From: Octopus sinensis
Lineage: Eukaryota
Reading direction: 5' to 3'
Length of the DNA stretch: 64,000 nucleotides
Assembly: GCF_006345805.1 (NCBI RefSeq)
Contig: NC_043018.1
Coordinates: 26,288,001-26,352,000 of the forward strand
Part shown: piece after piece, positions 12,370 through 25,217 of the stretch
Numbering within the stretch: position 1 is the stretch's first letter
How the letters are laid out: each line of letters begins with the position of its first letter
Made by a program: the position numbers and the translations under genes
Notes under the pieces: model-generated
What the model saw: the letters and a program-made list of their open reading frames with translations, nothing else
Database searches by the model: none
Told to the model about the DNA's origin: nothing

Positions 12370-12885
12370 GTTGGCTTTAGGAAAGGCATCCAGCCATAAA
12401 AAATCCATGCCAAAACAGACCTCGCTGAAGCTGGTGTTGGTGCCACATAAAAAAGTGCCCAGTTCACTCTGTAAGGTGGTTGGCATTAGGAAAGGCATCC
12501 AGCCATAAAAATCCATGCCAAAACAGACCTCGCTGAAGCTGGTGTTGGTGCCACATAAAAAAGTGCCCAGTTCACTCTGTAAGGTGGTTGGCATTAGGAA
12601 AGGCATCCAGCCATAAAAAATCCATGCCAAAACAGACCTCGCTGAAGCTGGTGTTGGTGCCACATAAAAAAGTGCCCAGTTCACTCTGTAAGGTGGTTGG
12701 CATTAGGAAGGGCATCCAGCCATAAAAATCCATGCCAAAGCAGACAGTGGAGTTTGGTGCAGTCCTCTGGTTTGCCAGCTCCTGTCAAATCTACAATTCA
12801 GTTTTACTGGATGGAAAGTCAAGTTCCTGTCAAACCATCCAATCCATGCCGACATGGAAAGCGTATGTTAAGTGATGATGATGAT
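12370..12885 (+). mobile_element. RTE LINE 3'UTR copy with a ~109-bp module triplicated
   Basis: GAAAGG/GAAGGG-CATCCAGCCATAAA recurs at 12381, 12490, 12598 and 12707 (spacing 109/108/109). It ends CCATGCCGACATGGAAAGCGTATGTTAAGTGATGATGATG. Confidence 0.8.
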
Positions 12886-13899
12886 GATATTTTGTAGTTT
12901 CAAAATTTCGATGATATGATCATTTATTTTTAGAATGACATTGTTGGATAGGTGTGAGAGGCCGATTCAGGCCAGTATGAACATTAAACAAGGTATTTAG
13001 ACTGGACATGGTTTGTTTAAATGTGTGTATAGGTATATGTAAATGTAGGTATTGAGGACCATGAATGACCATGGGATTGCACCTAGAAAGTTACCCTCCG
13101 AAGCACAAGTCTGGGCAAGATTATTTACAGAAGCCCAGTAGTCACCCATGCATACCAACCTCCCCTCTCCATGCCACCAATTTTGCCCAAGGGAAAGGCA
13201 AAAGCCAATACAGCTAGGCAACTGATGTTGGTTTGTTCACATCCCTGTTACTTAGATGTTCAGCAAAAAGAGTAGAATACCAGGCTTAAAAAAAAACAGA
13301 AAAGAAGTCTTGGGATAATGATTGAAACAAGTAAAAAAACAAAAAAAAAACATTTAAAATTTATATATAATTGACTTCTTTAAAATTTCATGTTCTTCAA
13401 GACTTTTAGATATTGTTCTGGCCGTAATTCTTCTTCATTCCATTATTTTTCTGTAATTGAACAGCTGCAAGTAAATTCTCAGAATTATATTTACATTTTT
13501 GCATTGGTGCTGCCATGTGGCTGGATAAATATTTACTTACGATGACTTTGATTTATTCGGTTGCAACAAGCTGACGCCTGCATAGCTTTCTGATTAAGAA
13601 GTTCAACTTGCAACCATGTGCTTTTTTTTTTTCGTTTTTGGTTTTGTGATGCAGCTGCACTTTGGACAAGTGTTTTTTCTGCTGTAGCTTCACATTGTTT
13701 AATAATGCCTTGTGAGTGAAATTTTGGCTGATGGGAACTGCAATGGAAGTCCATCATTTGTGTGTGCCGCTGCATGTGTATGTATGCATGTGGGTATACA
13801 TGGCCCCTGTTCTTGCCAGTTCTTGTCAGCTTGTTCCTGCCAACCCATGCCAGCATGGAAAGCGGATGATAAATGTTGTTGATGATTTATCATCTAGAA

Positions 13900-15048
13900 A
13901 CACGTAAAAACCACTGGTGCTGGTGACATAAAAAAGCACTTGTGCTGGTGTCACATAAAAAAACACTTGTGCTGGTGTCACATGAAAATCATTGGTGATG
14001 GTGCCACATAAAAGGCACTAATGCTGGTGTCATGTAAAAAAGCAGTGGTGCTGGTGCCACATAAAAAACACTGGTGCTGGTGCCACATGAACAGCAATGG
14101 TGATGGTACCACATAAAGAGTATTAGTGCTGGTGCCATATAAAAAGCATTGATGCTGGTTCCAGAAAAAGAACTGGTGCTGGTGTCACATAAAAAGCACA
14201 AGTGCTGGTGCCATGTAAAAAGCAGTGGTACTGGTGTCACAGAAGAAAAAAACGCACTGGTGCTGGTGCCACATAAAAATCACTGGTGCTAATGCCACAT
14301 AAAAAAAAGCTCTGGTGCTGGTGTCACATAAACAGTGGTGGCACTGGTTCCACATAAAAAACACTGGTGCTGGTGCCACATAAAAAAGCTCTGGTGCTGG
14401 TGTCACATAAAAAACACTGGTGCTGGTGCCACATAAAAAAGCTCTGGTGCTGGTGTCACATAAAAAACACTGGTGCTGGTGCCACATAAAAAACACTGGT
14501 GCTGGTGCCACATAAAAAAGCTCTGGTGCTGGTGTCACATAAAAAACACTGGTGCTGGTTCCACATAAAAAACACTGGTGCTGGTGCCACATAAAAAAGC
14601 TCTGGTGCTGGTGTCACATAAAAAACACTGGTGCTGGTGCCACATAAAAAACACTGGTGCTGGTGCCACATAAAAAACACTGGTGCTGGTGCCACATAAA
14701 AAAGCTCTGGTGCTGGTGTCACATAAAAAACACTGGTGCTGGTGCCACATAAAAAACACTGGTGCTGGTGCCACATAAAAAACACTGGTGCTGGTGCCAC
14801 ATAAAAAACACTGGTGCTGGTGCCACATAAAAAAGCTCTGGTGCTGGTGTCACATAAAAAACACTGGTGCTGGTGCCACATAAAAAAGCTCTGGTGCTGG
14901 TGTCACATAAAAAACACTGGTGCTGGTGCCACATAAAAAACACTGGTGCTGGTGCCACATAAAAAAGCTCTGGTGCTGGTGTCACATAAAAAACACTGGT
15001 GCTGGTTCCACATAAAAAACACTGGTGCTGGTGCCACATAAAAAAGCA
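13900..15048 (+). repeat. 26/27-bp minisatellite derived from the RTE 3'UTR motif GGTGCCACATAAAAAAGCAC
   Basis: 26 near-perfect units at 14349-15032 and diverged units at 13900-14345. The array runs directly into the RTE UTR body (15033-15215). Confidence 0.9.
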
Positions 15049-17639
15049 CTCAGTACACTCTGTAGAGTGGTTGACATTAGGAAGGGAATCCCAACCGTAG
15101 AAATCAAGCGAAAACAGTCTATGGAACCTGGTGTGGCTCCTGGCCTTGACAGTTCCTGTCAAGGTGTCCAACCCATGCCAGCATGGAAAGCGGATGTTAA
15201 ATGTTTTTGATACTGATTTATCATCCAGAAATACCATTTTTTTTGTTTTGTCATTTCCATTTCGGTGATTTATTTCTCGTTATTTTCATTCATTTCTCTT
15301 CTACAATAATGAGACACATGACACTCTATAGTAACACCTGAGTTACATTTATTTGTTTATGTATTTCATATGTTGTTAAATAATTCTGAGATTGAATAAT
15401 AGAGTTTCGCATGTCAAACCAAAAAAAAACAGATAAGGAAACCAAAATCTCTAAAAATCAAAATTAAAATGTTAAGTTAACTTTCAAGAGGAAGGTGGGG
15501 GTTCAATAGAAATTCGAAACAGTTCAATGCCAACAAAGAAATCGTTTTAACAATGGAAGACAAAGATATAGTGAAACCGTATAAAAAGATATAGCAAAAA
15601 CCAAAGATATAGTTATAAGGCAGAATCTTCCAATAAGTTCAAAGCACACGTCATACATATGCAATAGCATTATGTAAATAATGAGGAGTGGGGAGAGGGG
15701 AAAAAAACTGCTTTATTATTTTGAATGAAAGGATTGCTTGTAGACAACTTTACTACACTATGAAAGCAGCAAGGATTTTTAATCAAACCACCATCCCAAA
15801 TCAAACATCTAATCAATTACAACTTGGATTTTCAGGCTGCAAGGGTTGCCTTGAGAATTTTAAAAGTCAAAGCTTTCTACAGTAAAAATGTAATGAAACA
15901 ATAAGACAACTGCTGAAGAATTTGTGCTAGAGCTAGTTAAAGATAATTGATCACTAGAGTTCCTGTTCTTTAAACCAAATACTTAATGCTAATCAAATCA
16001 GACTGCTTTAGATGAAAATCCCAAAGAGAATATTTATACCAAGAACAGTGCAAAATGGTTAATGGATTCAAACCGTCTGATGATCAAGCCTCATTGTTAT
16101 TATGATGTAATGCATTAAGTGACTGTTTTCTGAAGCCATTATTAATTAATAGGGGTTTTAGTCTTAATCCATGTGTAATGAGGGAAATGAATAAAAATTA
16201 CTCTATCTCAGTTCGTTGGCGAACAGATATAAATAATGGCTGTTCGCTGTGGTGTTTGAAAACTGGTTTCATTCAAATTTTGTTCCTGAAGCTGAAATTT
16301 ATGAAATAATAGAAACAATATTAATTTCAAAATTTTAATTACTAATTGATAACAGTCCACACTATTTCCTTTAATGTTAAATCACTCTTTTTACTAACTG
16401 ATAATACTATATCATGTAGACAGCCATTCAACCAAGACCTAAGGCTTGACCAAGAAAAAGCTGGTTGAATAATATTCAACATCTCGTTTGGTCATGCATG
16501 GAAATTCAGTTGGAAAGTGTAAAGTTTGGTTGCTTTTGATAGGACCCCATGGAAGAGGTGCCTAAGGACTCTACCCCCATGACCCTCCCAGGAATTAGAG
16601 GGTGGAGAAGATGGATGGATGAGATGAAGACAAATTATATTGTAAATTTGTATGAAAATAGTCGATGGTAGGGAATGAAACCAGATTATTGTTTTTTAAA
16701 AACAAAAAGGCACCAATATGCCATCTGCAATGTGTTTCTTCCATCTTTGTTTATGTGCACCAGGGTTTCTTCCACCAGTCTCCAAAGACAAACCTTAACT
16801 CTTTCATTACCAAATTCCAGTTGGAGGAATTACAACCGTGTTTCATGGTCTGCTACCACAACAGCTCCTTTATAGGATCCAGTTAGCTTAAGACATCATC
16901 AGGAGGAACCACGTCTGGTTTTGGGCCCTACTCCTCTACCGTTTTGACGTGGTGGCCACCCCCCTTTCGTAGGTGTCTTCAGCTCTGGTGTTGAAGGCGT
17001 GTCTTCTTTCTTCTTCTTTCTTCTGTTCCTGGCCTCTTCGATGTAGCATCAGCGAGTGTCAGCCAGTGACTGGCTAACTTGCCAAATTTTTTCCCTTTAA
17101 ATACCTGCCGCTAGACTCCAGCAGGCAGCCCCAGCAAGTTGTCATGTGACACTGTCTCACCTTAACTATATGTGTTTCAATTACTTTTGAAAATATTGAA
17201 GATTTTAATAAAACAACTTTATCATTATTAAGTTGGTGCCCGGAGCTTGAGTTAACACTAAATTTTAATAGTATATTTTAATTTACTTTAAAATAAGAAA
17301 TGTGTATAATAGATCCAAAGCAGTTGGTATTAAAAGAAACAATATATCTTTGAAAGTTCCCAAAATGTCTAAGGGTTTTAGATCTTAGGCATGCTTTGAT
17401 GGAGATGAGGTTTGACGTAGCTCAACAGTCATTTATATACTTGTAGTTAGTTAGCCATTGATATACACAAAAATGAAAGTAACACTGACATCTCATTTTA
17501 ACATACATATTTACTAAAATTACATCAAAGCTGATAGGGCACAGATAGTGTGTCAATAACCAGCTGGAGGAGATGTCTTCTTGGGGCTACAAAGTATAAT
17601 AGCATCGACCCTTAACGGTCAGCCACATTTAGGTGGCAA

Positions 17640-18432
17640 ATATACTTCATGAAGGAATAAATACATTCAATAAACTTGCCATTGGCTTCAACCACGGCCT
17701 CCAGACGACTTCAGAATCTCCTGCAACACTTCTGGGTGGTCTCCTTGTTTAAGTTGGTGAATGCTGCCATAATCCTTGCCTTCAGGTCATCTTTGGTGTT
17801 ACAAGGAGTTTTGTTGGTCTCTCACTCAACTACACCCAATACATAATAATCAAGGAGATTGCAGTCTGGGGAGTTAGGTGGCCAGATGTTAGGGGTGATG
17901 TGGTCGCAGAAATTGTCTGACAGCCATGACTGGATTTTCTTGTTTGTGTGGCATAGTGCAGGGTCCTGTTGCCAGACACAGGATCTTCTAACAGCCACCT
18001 TCCTGACCCAGGGCAGCACTACGTCCTCCAGGCACTTGATGTAGGCCTCTGTGTTGAATTAGATACCATGTGGGAAGATGAATGGAGGCATAACGTTGCC
18101 ATCGCTAGTGATCACTCCAAACACCATGCTGTTGACTGGATATATGATTTTTATCACTCTTGGTACCAGTTCTCAGATTGCACTGTTCTCAAATTGACAC
18201 CAAAACACTCTGACTTGTTCGTATTGGGGCTTCCGGCACGAATGCGAAGCAGTACAACATGTCATTTCCAAATTTCTGGCAGAGTGAATTACATCAGGGT
18301 GCTGTTTTTCTCACAGATGGTGCCCAACTGACCCTACTATACTATGTAGTCAACAAAATCAAAACAAACAATGCACATGCACAAAATTAAAAATATAAAA
18401 TGGTAACAATTTACCCATCTCATCCTGTATAT
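17640..18432 (-). pseudogene. Internally deleted Tc1/mariner-superfamily DD37D (maT-type) transposon
   Basis: The minus strand encodes MVFGVITSDGNVMPPFIFPHG*..EAYIKCLEDVVLPWVR..WQQD-(37 aa)-DYYVLGVVE*ETNKTPCNTKDDLKARIMAAF..RLEAVVEANG, including WPPNSPDCNLLD. An N-terminal HTH-like GVNLRTVQ is fused directly upstream. Multiple stops. The right end reads CCTGTA-TA. Confidence 0.85.
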
Positions 18433-18449
18433 ACATGTATATATGTGTG

Positions 18450-18497
<48 letters not shown>

Positions 18498-19052
18498 TAC
18501 ATGTATATACATATATATATATATATACGATGGGCTTCTTTCAGTTTCTGTCTATCAAATCTACTCACAAAACTTTGGTTGGCCCGAGGCTATAGAAGAA
18601 GACACTTGTCTAACGTGCCACGCAGTGGCACTGAACCTGAAATCTTGTGGTTGGGGAGCAAGCTTCTTACCACACAGCTACGCCTGTGCCAGTATTTTGT
18701 TTGTTTGTTTGTTTGTTTATTTTTCACATATTTCATGGATAGAAGATTATATCAGAAAATTGCATTTCCATAAATAATTATTTGAAAAAACAAAAAAAAT
18801 TCTCCCCAAGAATAAATTATCTTCTTTGAAAGATATGCAAAGCATTTTGAAAACAGGAATAATAAAGATTAATTAAGAAGAATATTATACAATATTTTTT
18901 AAAAAGTTCAAAAGTTAAGCTGTCGAGCAGTTTAGGTTCATTGAGACTTTTGCATAATGAATGAATGTTGGGGGGGGGGAGAAAAACAAAAAAAAGTGAA
19001 CAAAGTAAAAAACCTTGCTTAACGCCTTTGATTCATTTTGCTTTTTCTTTAA

Positions 19053-19271
19053 CCCTTTCGCATGTAAACTAGCCAAACCCAGCCCAAATAATCCCCTTGT
19101 ATATTTGAACCAGCCGGATTCAACTTCTCATACATACCCTACAATGTCGTTCCGGAAATGAGCAATCACATCTTTTGAAATCTCGGTGCTACGAGATAAC
19201 ACAAGATTAATTCAGAGCAATGTGAATAGATAAACATTACATTGAACATAGAAATGTGAAATGTTAAAGGG
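19053..19271. mobile_element. piggyBac-like TTAA MITE, family 2 (219 bp)
   Basis: TTAA (19049-52) CCCTTTCGCAT ... ATGTTAAAGGG TTAA (19272-75). A related copy lies at 35673-35892, with fragments at 12.3, 12.9, 37.2 and 48.2-48.5 kb. Confidence 0.75.
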
Positions 19272-19795
19272 TTAAGTCAGATAAACTGATCAAAATAGCC
19301 TCGGGATCAAGATTATAAATACTGTACAAAATCAGTTGACAGGACACATTGAAATTCAAATCGTTATTGTTCTTTGCTATTTGAAAAAAAAACTTCTCAG
19401 CTGTTGTTTTGGTGGTAATTTTTTTTTGTGTTTTGCTTTAGTAATGACGGCAGAAATTCTCAGACAGCTTTGAAATGCTTGTGTTTTCTGGATTTTCTTT
19501 TATTCATAAAAAACGGTTTAGTGTTTGGTTGTTGTTTGTTATGTCTGTTTTATCGGTTGATTCTTTGGTCTCAGATCTGATCAGGCAGACTTGTTGTTGT
19601 TTTTATTGGTTTAGTTCCCTCCACCACCACCGCCACCGCTACCACCACCATGCTAGTTGGCCCAGATGAATCAAACCTACAAACAAATTATGACTGTGAA
19701 CATCCTGGTTTTGTTTGATACACCTGTATAATATGCACACACACACATACATACATACATACGCATTTTTTTCTCTCCTTGTTTTTCTTTGTGTA

Positions 19796-19833
19796 TCTTT
19801 CTGTCGAAGAGCGTAGACTCGAAACGTAAAAGA
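19796..19833 (+). ncRNA. Minimal type-I hammerhead-like motif, family 2, in a Penelope-like repeat (~19760-19935)
   Basis: TCTTT CTGTCGA A GAGC gtag ACTC GAAAC GT A AAAGA: stem I TCTTT/AAAGA, stem II with one mismatch, loopless ACGT stem III, non-canonical position 6. Confidence 0.5.
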
Positions 19834-21349
19834 CTTTATCTATTTCTATTCCTGAGCACTATACCAATACATTTGTTTGTTTGTACTCCACCTGCCTTTG
19901 TCTTTTGTTTATTTTTGTAAACCTTCCCTTGTATATATACACATAGATATATATATTAGTCAAAGAAATTCCAACCTTGTCTAATTTTCATATTTTATTT
20001 ACCAGCTTATAATAATATATGTTAATATCATCATCCAGTATTTTAAATCCAGGTTTTGTCCTCATTAACAGGGGTGGCTGGATCTACCTTAATGCCATAG
20101 CAACTGAGGCAGGCAGGTGCAGCCCACCCCTACCTTTGGGTTGGCAGGTGCCCATTCTCCCTTGCTATCATGAGGCTTTTTTAGAGCTGGATTTTCTACA
20201 AGGAGCATGCACTTGCTTACTCCCCAACCTCAGTTTCTAGGCATGAGTGGTCCTGAGACCACAGCCTCTACCACGATTTTTAAGGAATGTGGTGGAAAAC
20301 TAACTCAGGAAGGCAGGGATGTTACTCCCTGAGACCCCTTTCAGAGCCCCACTACCTACAATACAATAAAAATATAATGAAATGATAGAATATCAAATGT
20401 CCATTCTGACTGAACTAGTACTTTCATGAATTAAACTATGCAATCTTCAGCTTTATGTTGTAGTGATGACGGTTATGTTTTACAATTTACAGCTGTAGTG
20501 AGATGGCTAAGCTGTGTGCCTTAAATACATTTGTACAGGCTCCAGAATGTTAATTTTTGCAAACTGTCTTCTGACCAATCAGTGTGTGGCTTTACTAAAT
20601 TACTTAAGTTGATTGGTGTTTGGTTTAGGCATCACGGTTTGTTGAATATGTCAAGAGACTTGTATTTTGACCCTGACCAAAGCAGTAATTGTTGGGCTAT
20701 TTTTAGAAATGCTGTAAACATTTCCCAGGGATTTTTACATTTCATTTATCATCATCACCATTATCATCTCCTTTATTACTGTTGTCATTGTTGTTATTGG
20801 TGGTGGTGGTGGTGGTGGTGATAAAAGTAGCTGTGGTGACAGAACTTTAAACACCAAAATAAGATTATTTTTACTCATTTTTCTTTTGACTTAGCTAATA
20901 TTATCCTGTTATCATCATCATGAGCACCTTTAGTATTGTTGTTAGTGGTAGTGGTTGTAGCAGCAGAAATAGTACCTCTAAGTCATAGTATTATTGCTTA
21001 TTTAGCTTGGGTTGGAATTTATTGACGAAGTTCTTTTCTCTGATTTTTCTCTCAATTTCACTTGGACTGTGTAGTTTGTAGAATGGAATATTGTGAATAT
21101 TTTCCCACCGCATCTAGCAACATGTGGTTAGAAACCCAGTAAAATAATGTTTAAAGACAGAATGGCTTCAAATTTAAGGGAATGGATTACTAACCACAAG
21201 ATGATGAGTTCAAAACTTCGTATTGAACTTCCACTCTATATGATAACATATGATACACATATATAGAATAAGCCTCTTTCAGTTTCTATCAAATCCACTC
21301 ACAAGGCCTTGGTCAGCCCGAGGCCCTTATAGAAGACACTTGCCCAATG

Positions 21350-21544
21350 TGTTATGAGTATTATAAGATAAAAATCCTCTATAAACCCAACTAACAGTTA
21401 AAAAATGGAGAAGAGAAGATGTTAAAAGTTTTTATAAATTTTATAAATTGGATTAAAAATTTATAAAAACTTTTAACATCTCTTCTCCATTTGTTAACTG
21501 TTAGTTGGGTTTATGGAAGATTTTATCCTTTAATACTCATAACA
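21350..21544. repeat. ~195-bp near-perfect palindrome (arms 21350-21442 and 21455-21544)
   Basis: TGTTATGAGTATT...GTTAAAAGTTTTTATAAATTTT, a 12-nt loop, then the reverse complement ending TACTCATAACA. Confidence 0.9.
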
Positions 21545-22849
21545 TATTTTTAATTGTCTTATTTTCATATTCCAAATACTTGCAATAGAAAGTTACTATT
21601 TTGATATGAAAAATCTTTATTAGAAATCTAACCTTTTGGACTCCCCAAAAAGTTCAAATTGTTCTACTTGAACTAATTTTTCTCCCACACACACACACGC
21701 ATGTGTGTGTTTATGTGTGATCTATTTCTTTCATTTTTTGTCTTCCTAGTTCACTTACAAGGCCTTGGTCAGCCCTAGGCTATAGTAAAAGATACTTTTC
21801 CAAGGTGTTGGGCAGTGGAACTGAACCAGAAAGCACACAGTTGTGCAGTGAATTCTTAACCACACCGCCAAACTGAATGCATATACAAATCTCTGCAGAT
21901 GCTTCTAATAAAACTATCGGTTGTTTTGATTTATTGACTCCAATATTAGAATATTAGTCTGTTATCTGCCTTATTTGAAATTCGTTATCTTGTAACGAGT
22001 CTCGGGCAGAATTGGTTTTCGGCGGTCTTCAACACTGAGTTTTATCCAGATTACAGAAGAAAGAATTTCCAGAATGTTAAGAGTATTTGAAGATAATTTA
22101 ATTTAATTTAGGAAAGCGCAATGAAAATGAATGCTTGCTTGGCTTTTAATCATTCTCTTCTAGTATGTTCCTGGAAGTCTGAAAACCAAATTGACCTTGA
22201 ACTTGACGATGATTATCTAGTCTAGCTTTAAAGTTTTATTGAGTGATTATCTAATGTACCGTGACTTCTATTTAGTATTTCAGTGTTGCAGAAATTTTGT
22301 TACTAAGTCACTGTAGTTGTTGTTGTTGGTGTTGTTGTTATTATTACTCATTCTCTAGTTTGGCTGTTGATAGTTGAGAAGAAAGTTATGGTTCTTGTTA
22401 TTATATAACTGTTAAGTCAACCTTGATGACGGGTGAATTAGGCAGACAATAACAATGAGAAACCCATCATAGTAGTGAGGTATAGCTGAGTGGAAGAGCA
22501 TTCTACTGCAGATCACGATGTCCCCGGTTCTGTCCCAGGTGTCCCCTTCGGCTCAATGAAATTCTGAATCTTTTATAGGCACAGGCATGGCTGTGTGGTA
22601 AGAAGTTTAAGCTTGCTTCCCAACCATATAGTTCCGGGCTTCAGACTCACTACGTGGCACCTTGGCCAAGTGTCTTCAATTCTAGTACCAGGCCAACCAA
22701 AGCCTTGTGAGTGGATTTGGTAGATGGAAACTGAAAGAAACCTGCTATGTATATAATTATGTATGTGTGTACATCTATGAAGTTCACTCACAAGGCTTTG
22801 ATCAGCCCTAGGCTATAGTAAAGATACTTGCCTAAGGTACAACAGAAGG

Positions 22850-22995
22850 TCTTTCCTGACCTTGGTTTGATTTCTTGGCTGGTATCGCCTTCCTTGAAAT
22901 GTCTGAACTAGTTTTGTGCCACTTGTTTGTTGACAGTTCCTGGGTCTTCCACATCATCAATTTCTTTTGCTGCTAGCCTTGCATTCAGTCCCTTT
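22850..22995 (-). pseudogene. mariner transposase N-terminal HTH remnant
   Basis: The minus strand reads AAKEIDDVEDPGTVNKQVAQN*FRHFKEGDTSQEIKPRSG, matching the mariner pattern G.VN.R.AQ.WF..F..GD.S.ED.PRSGRP. Confidence 0.7.
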
Positions 22996-23367
22996 TTTTT
23001 TCCTCAGGTGGTGTACAAGGTTCTGTTTGCAATCTTTTCGCCACTCATTATCAAAGCTGTAGAATAAAGAATTGACAATGTTTATATCTTATATATGAAA
23101 AAAAAAAAGAATTGTGGGAATACAAGTTGCCACAAATCATAGTGAAAAACCCAAAAACCTTTCACTCAACCTAGCTGTGTAGTAAAAAGTTTGCTTCCCA
23201 ACTACATAGTTCCGGGTTCAGTCCCTCTGCATGGCATCTTGGGCAAGTGTCTTCTGCTATAGCTTCAGGTTGACCAAACCCTTGTGAGTGGATTTGATAA
23301 ATAGAAACTGAAAGAAGCCTATTGTATGTATGTTTTCTGTGTATGTATGTATGTATGTATGTGTATG

Positions 23368-23401
<34 letters not shown>

Positions 23402-23599
23402 TATAGGGTAAAGAATTATTAATTTAATAATTAATAAATTTTACCAAGTAGTTTTGGTATGGAAAAAACCATGTGTAAGCTTGCAAGGAATGAAGCCAGT
23501 ATGCTCTGCTGGATGAGTAATGTCAGTGTGCATATTCGACTGAGTGTAAGTGCCTTGAGAGAAAAGTTGGATATAAGAAGCATCAGATGTGGTGTGCAA

Positions 23600-23845
23600 G
23601 AGATATGACTGTGCAACATTCGAGCATGGCTGTTGCCAGTACCACCTGACAGGCCCTCGTGCAGGTGGCACGTAAAAGTACCCACTACACACTCTGAGTG
23701 GGTGGAGTTAGGAAGGGCATCCAGCTGTAGAAACTCTGCCAGATCAGATTGGAGCCTGGTGCAGCCATCTGGCTTGCCAATCCTCGGTCAAACCGTCCAA
23801 CCATTGCCAGCACGGAAAACAGATGTTAAACGATGATGATGATGA
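23600..23845 (+). mobile_element. RTE LINE 3'UTR copy
   Basis: AGGAAGGGCATCCAGCTGTAGAAAC...GTCCAACCATTGCCAGCACGGAAAACAGATGTTAAACGATGATGATG. Other copies at 31880-32110, 34181-35040(-), 35270-35515, 45380-45800, 47620-48200 and 49790-50350. Confidence 0.75.
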
Positions 23846-23969
23846 TATATATATATATAGATCTCATGTATATAGTTATATATATATATATATATATAAT
23901 ATATATATCATATATAAAGTTATGTATATATATCCTATAATTATATTTATATAATATATAGTAATATTC

Positions 23970-24040
<71 letters not shown>

Positions 24041-25183
24041 GTGTGTGTGTTTGTATGTATTGATATACACATCTTTGATGAGAATCTGTACAGATTCAGC
24101 TTATCAAAAATTTCAACTCAGAAGACATTTGCTCAACCCAAGGCTATAGTGGAACCCATTTACTCAAGCTGCTGGGCATTGGGTTTGAACCTAGAACCAT
24201 AGGGTTTTGAACCCACCAAACGTCTTAACTACACAGCCATGACTTCTATTTGAATCCATTTTGGTGTTTACCGTCAACCAATGTCTTCACATCCGCTGCT
24301 TCTCCATAATTGTGCAATATTTGGTTAGCATATATTTCCTTTCTTATTTTCTATATTTTTATCTTTATTTGTCATATTAAGCACTTATCAGCAATTTTCA
24401 TTGCTATATCTTGTGATAGAGATGAAGAAATCAATGCTTCTTCTTCGAAATCATGTTCCGTCATCTGTAAATTCCGTCGTGAATTCATTGCAAGCATGCA
24501 AAACAAAACTGACAGCATCAGCTTCATTTGTTTGGTCACAGCCGTGATCATTTGCCAGTTCTCTATATATTGATTTCTCCATTCCTCACTAGCTAACAAA
24601 TTTTCATATACATCATATATATATATATATATATATATATGGATTTCATATTCTGTCTCTGCATCAATATTTTTTTCTGTTCTTTATTTGAAATCTAATG
24701 AAAACAAAGGCATGTGCAAAGAATGCGAATTTTCTTATATTGCATGAAGTTTTTTTAATAAATTTTAACATTTTTTATTGTATCTACATTTATATCATGT
24801 GTGTGTGTATATTTATATATACACATATATATATATATATGCACACGCACATACACACATATATATTTTGTACGTATGTGTAAATATGTGTAGTATTATT
24901 TGTAAGCTACAACAATGCAAGGAAGCGCATTGTGATCAGCAGTTTATAACAATGTCTAATAGTCTGGTCAATACAGTAATAGACTAAGATATATATGCAT
25001 ATATTGATGTGTGCGTGTTCATATTTAAAAAAATTTAGCAAAAACACAGCAAACACAAAATTTTTGCAAAAACATAAAAAGAAAATTCATGGTTAATCCC
25101 TCGTCAGTCAATGTCAAAAAGATCATTACAATTTCATGCCTTTGTATCCGTGTGCCTGTATCCATATATAAATATTCATATAT

Positions 25184-25217
<34 letters not shown>

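Noticed and set aside
13989-15237. Repetitive MWHQHQCF... ORFs, and a superficially CRISPR-like array
   Set aside because: Head-to-tail 26/27-bp minisatellite with no unique spacers, in a eukaryotic context with no cas genes.
16810-16925. Hammerhead-like CTGATGA...GAAACA on the minus strand
   Set aside because: No stem I complementarity, and extra bases lie before GAAA, so it was not called as a ribozyme.
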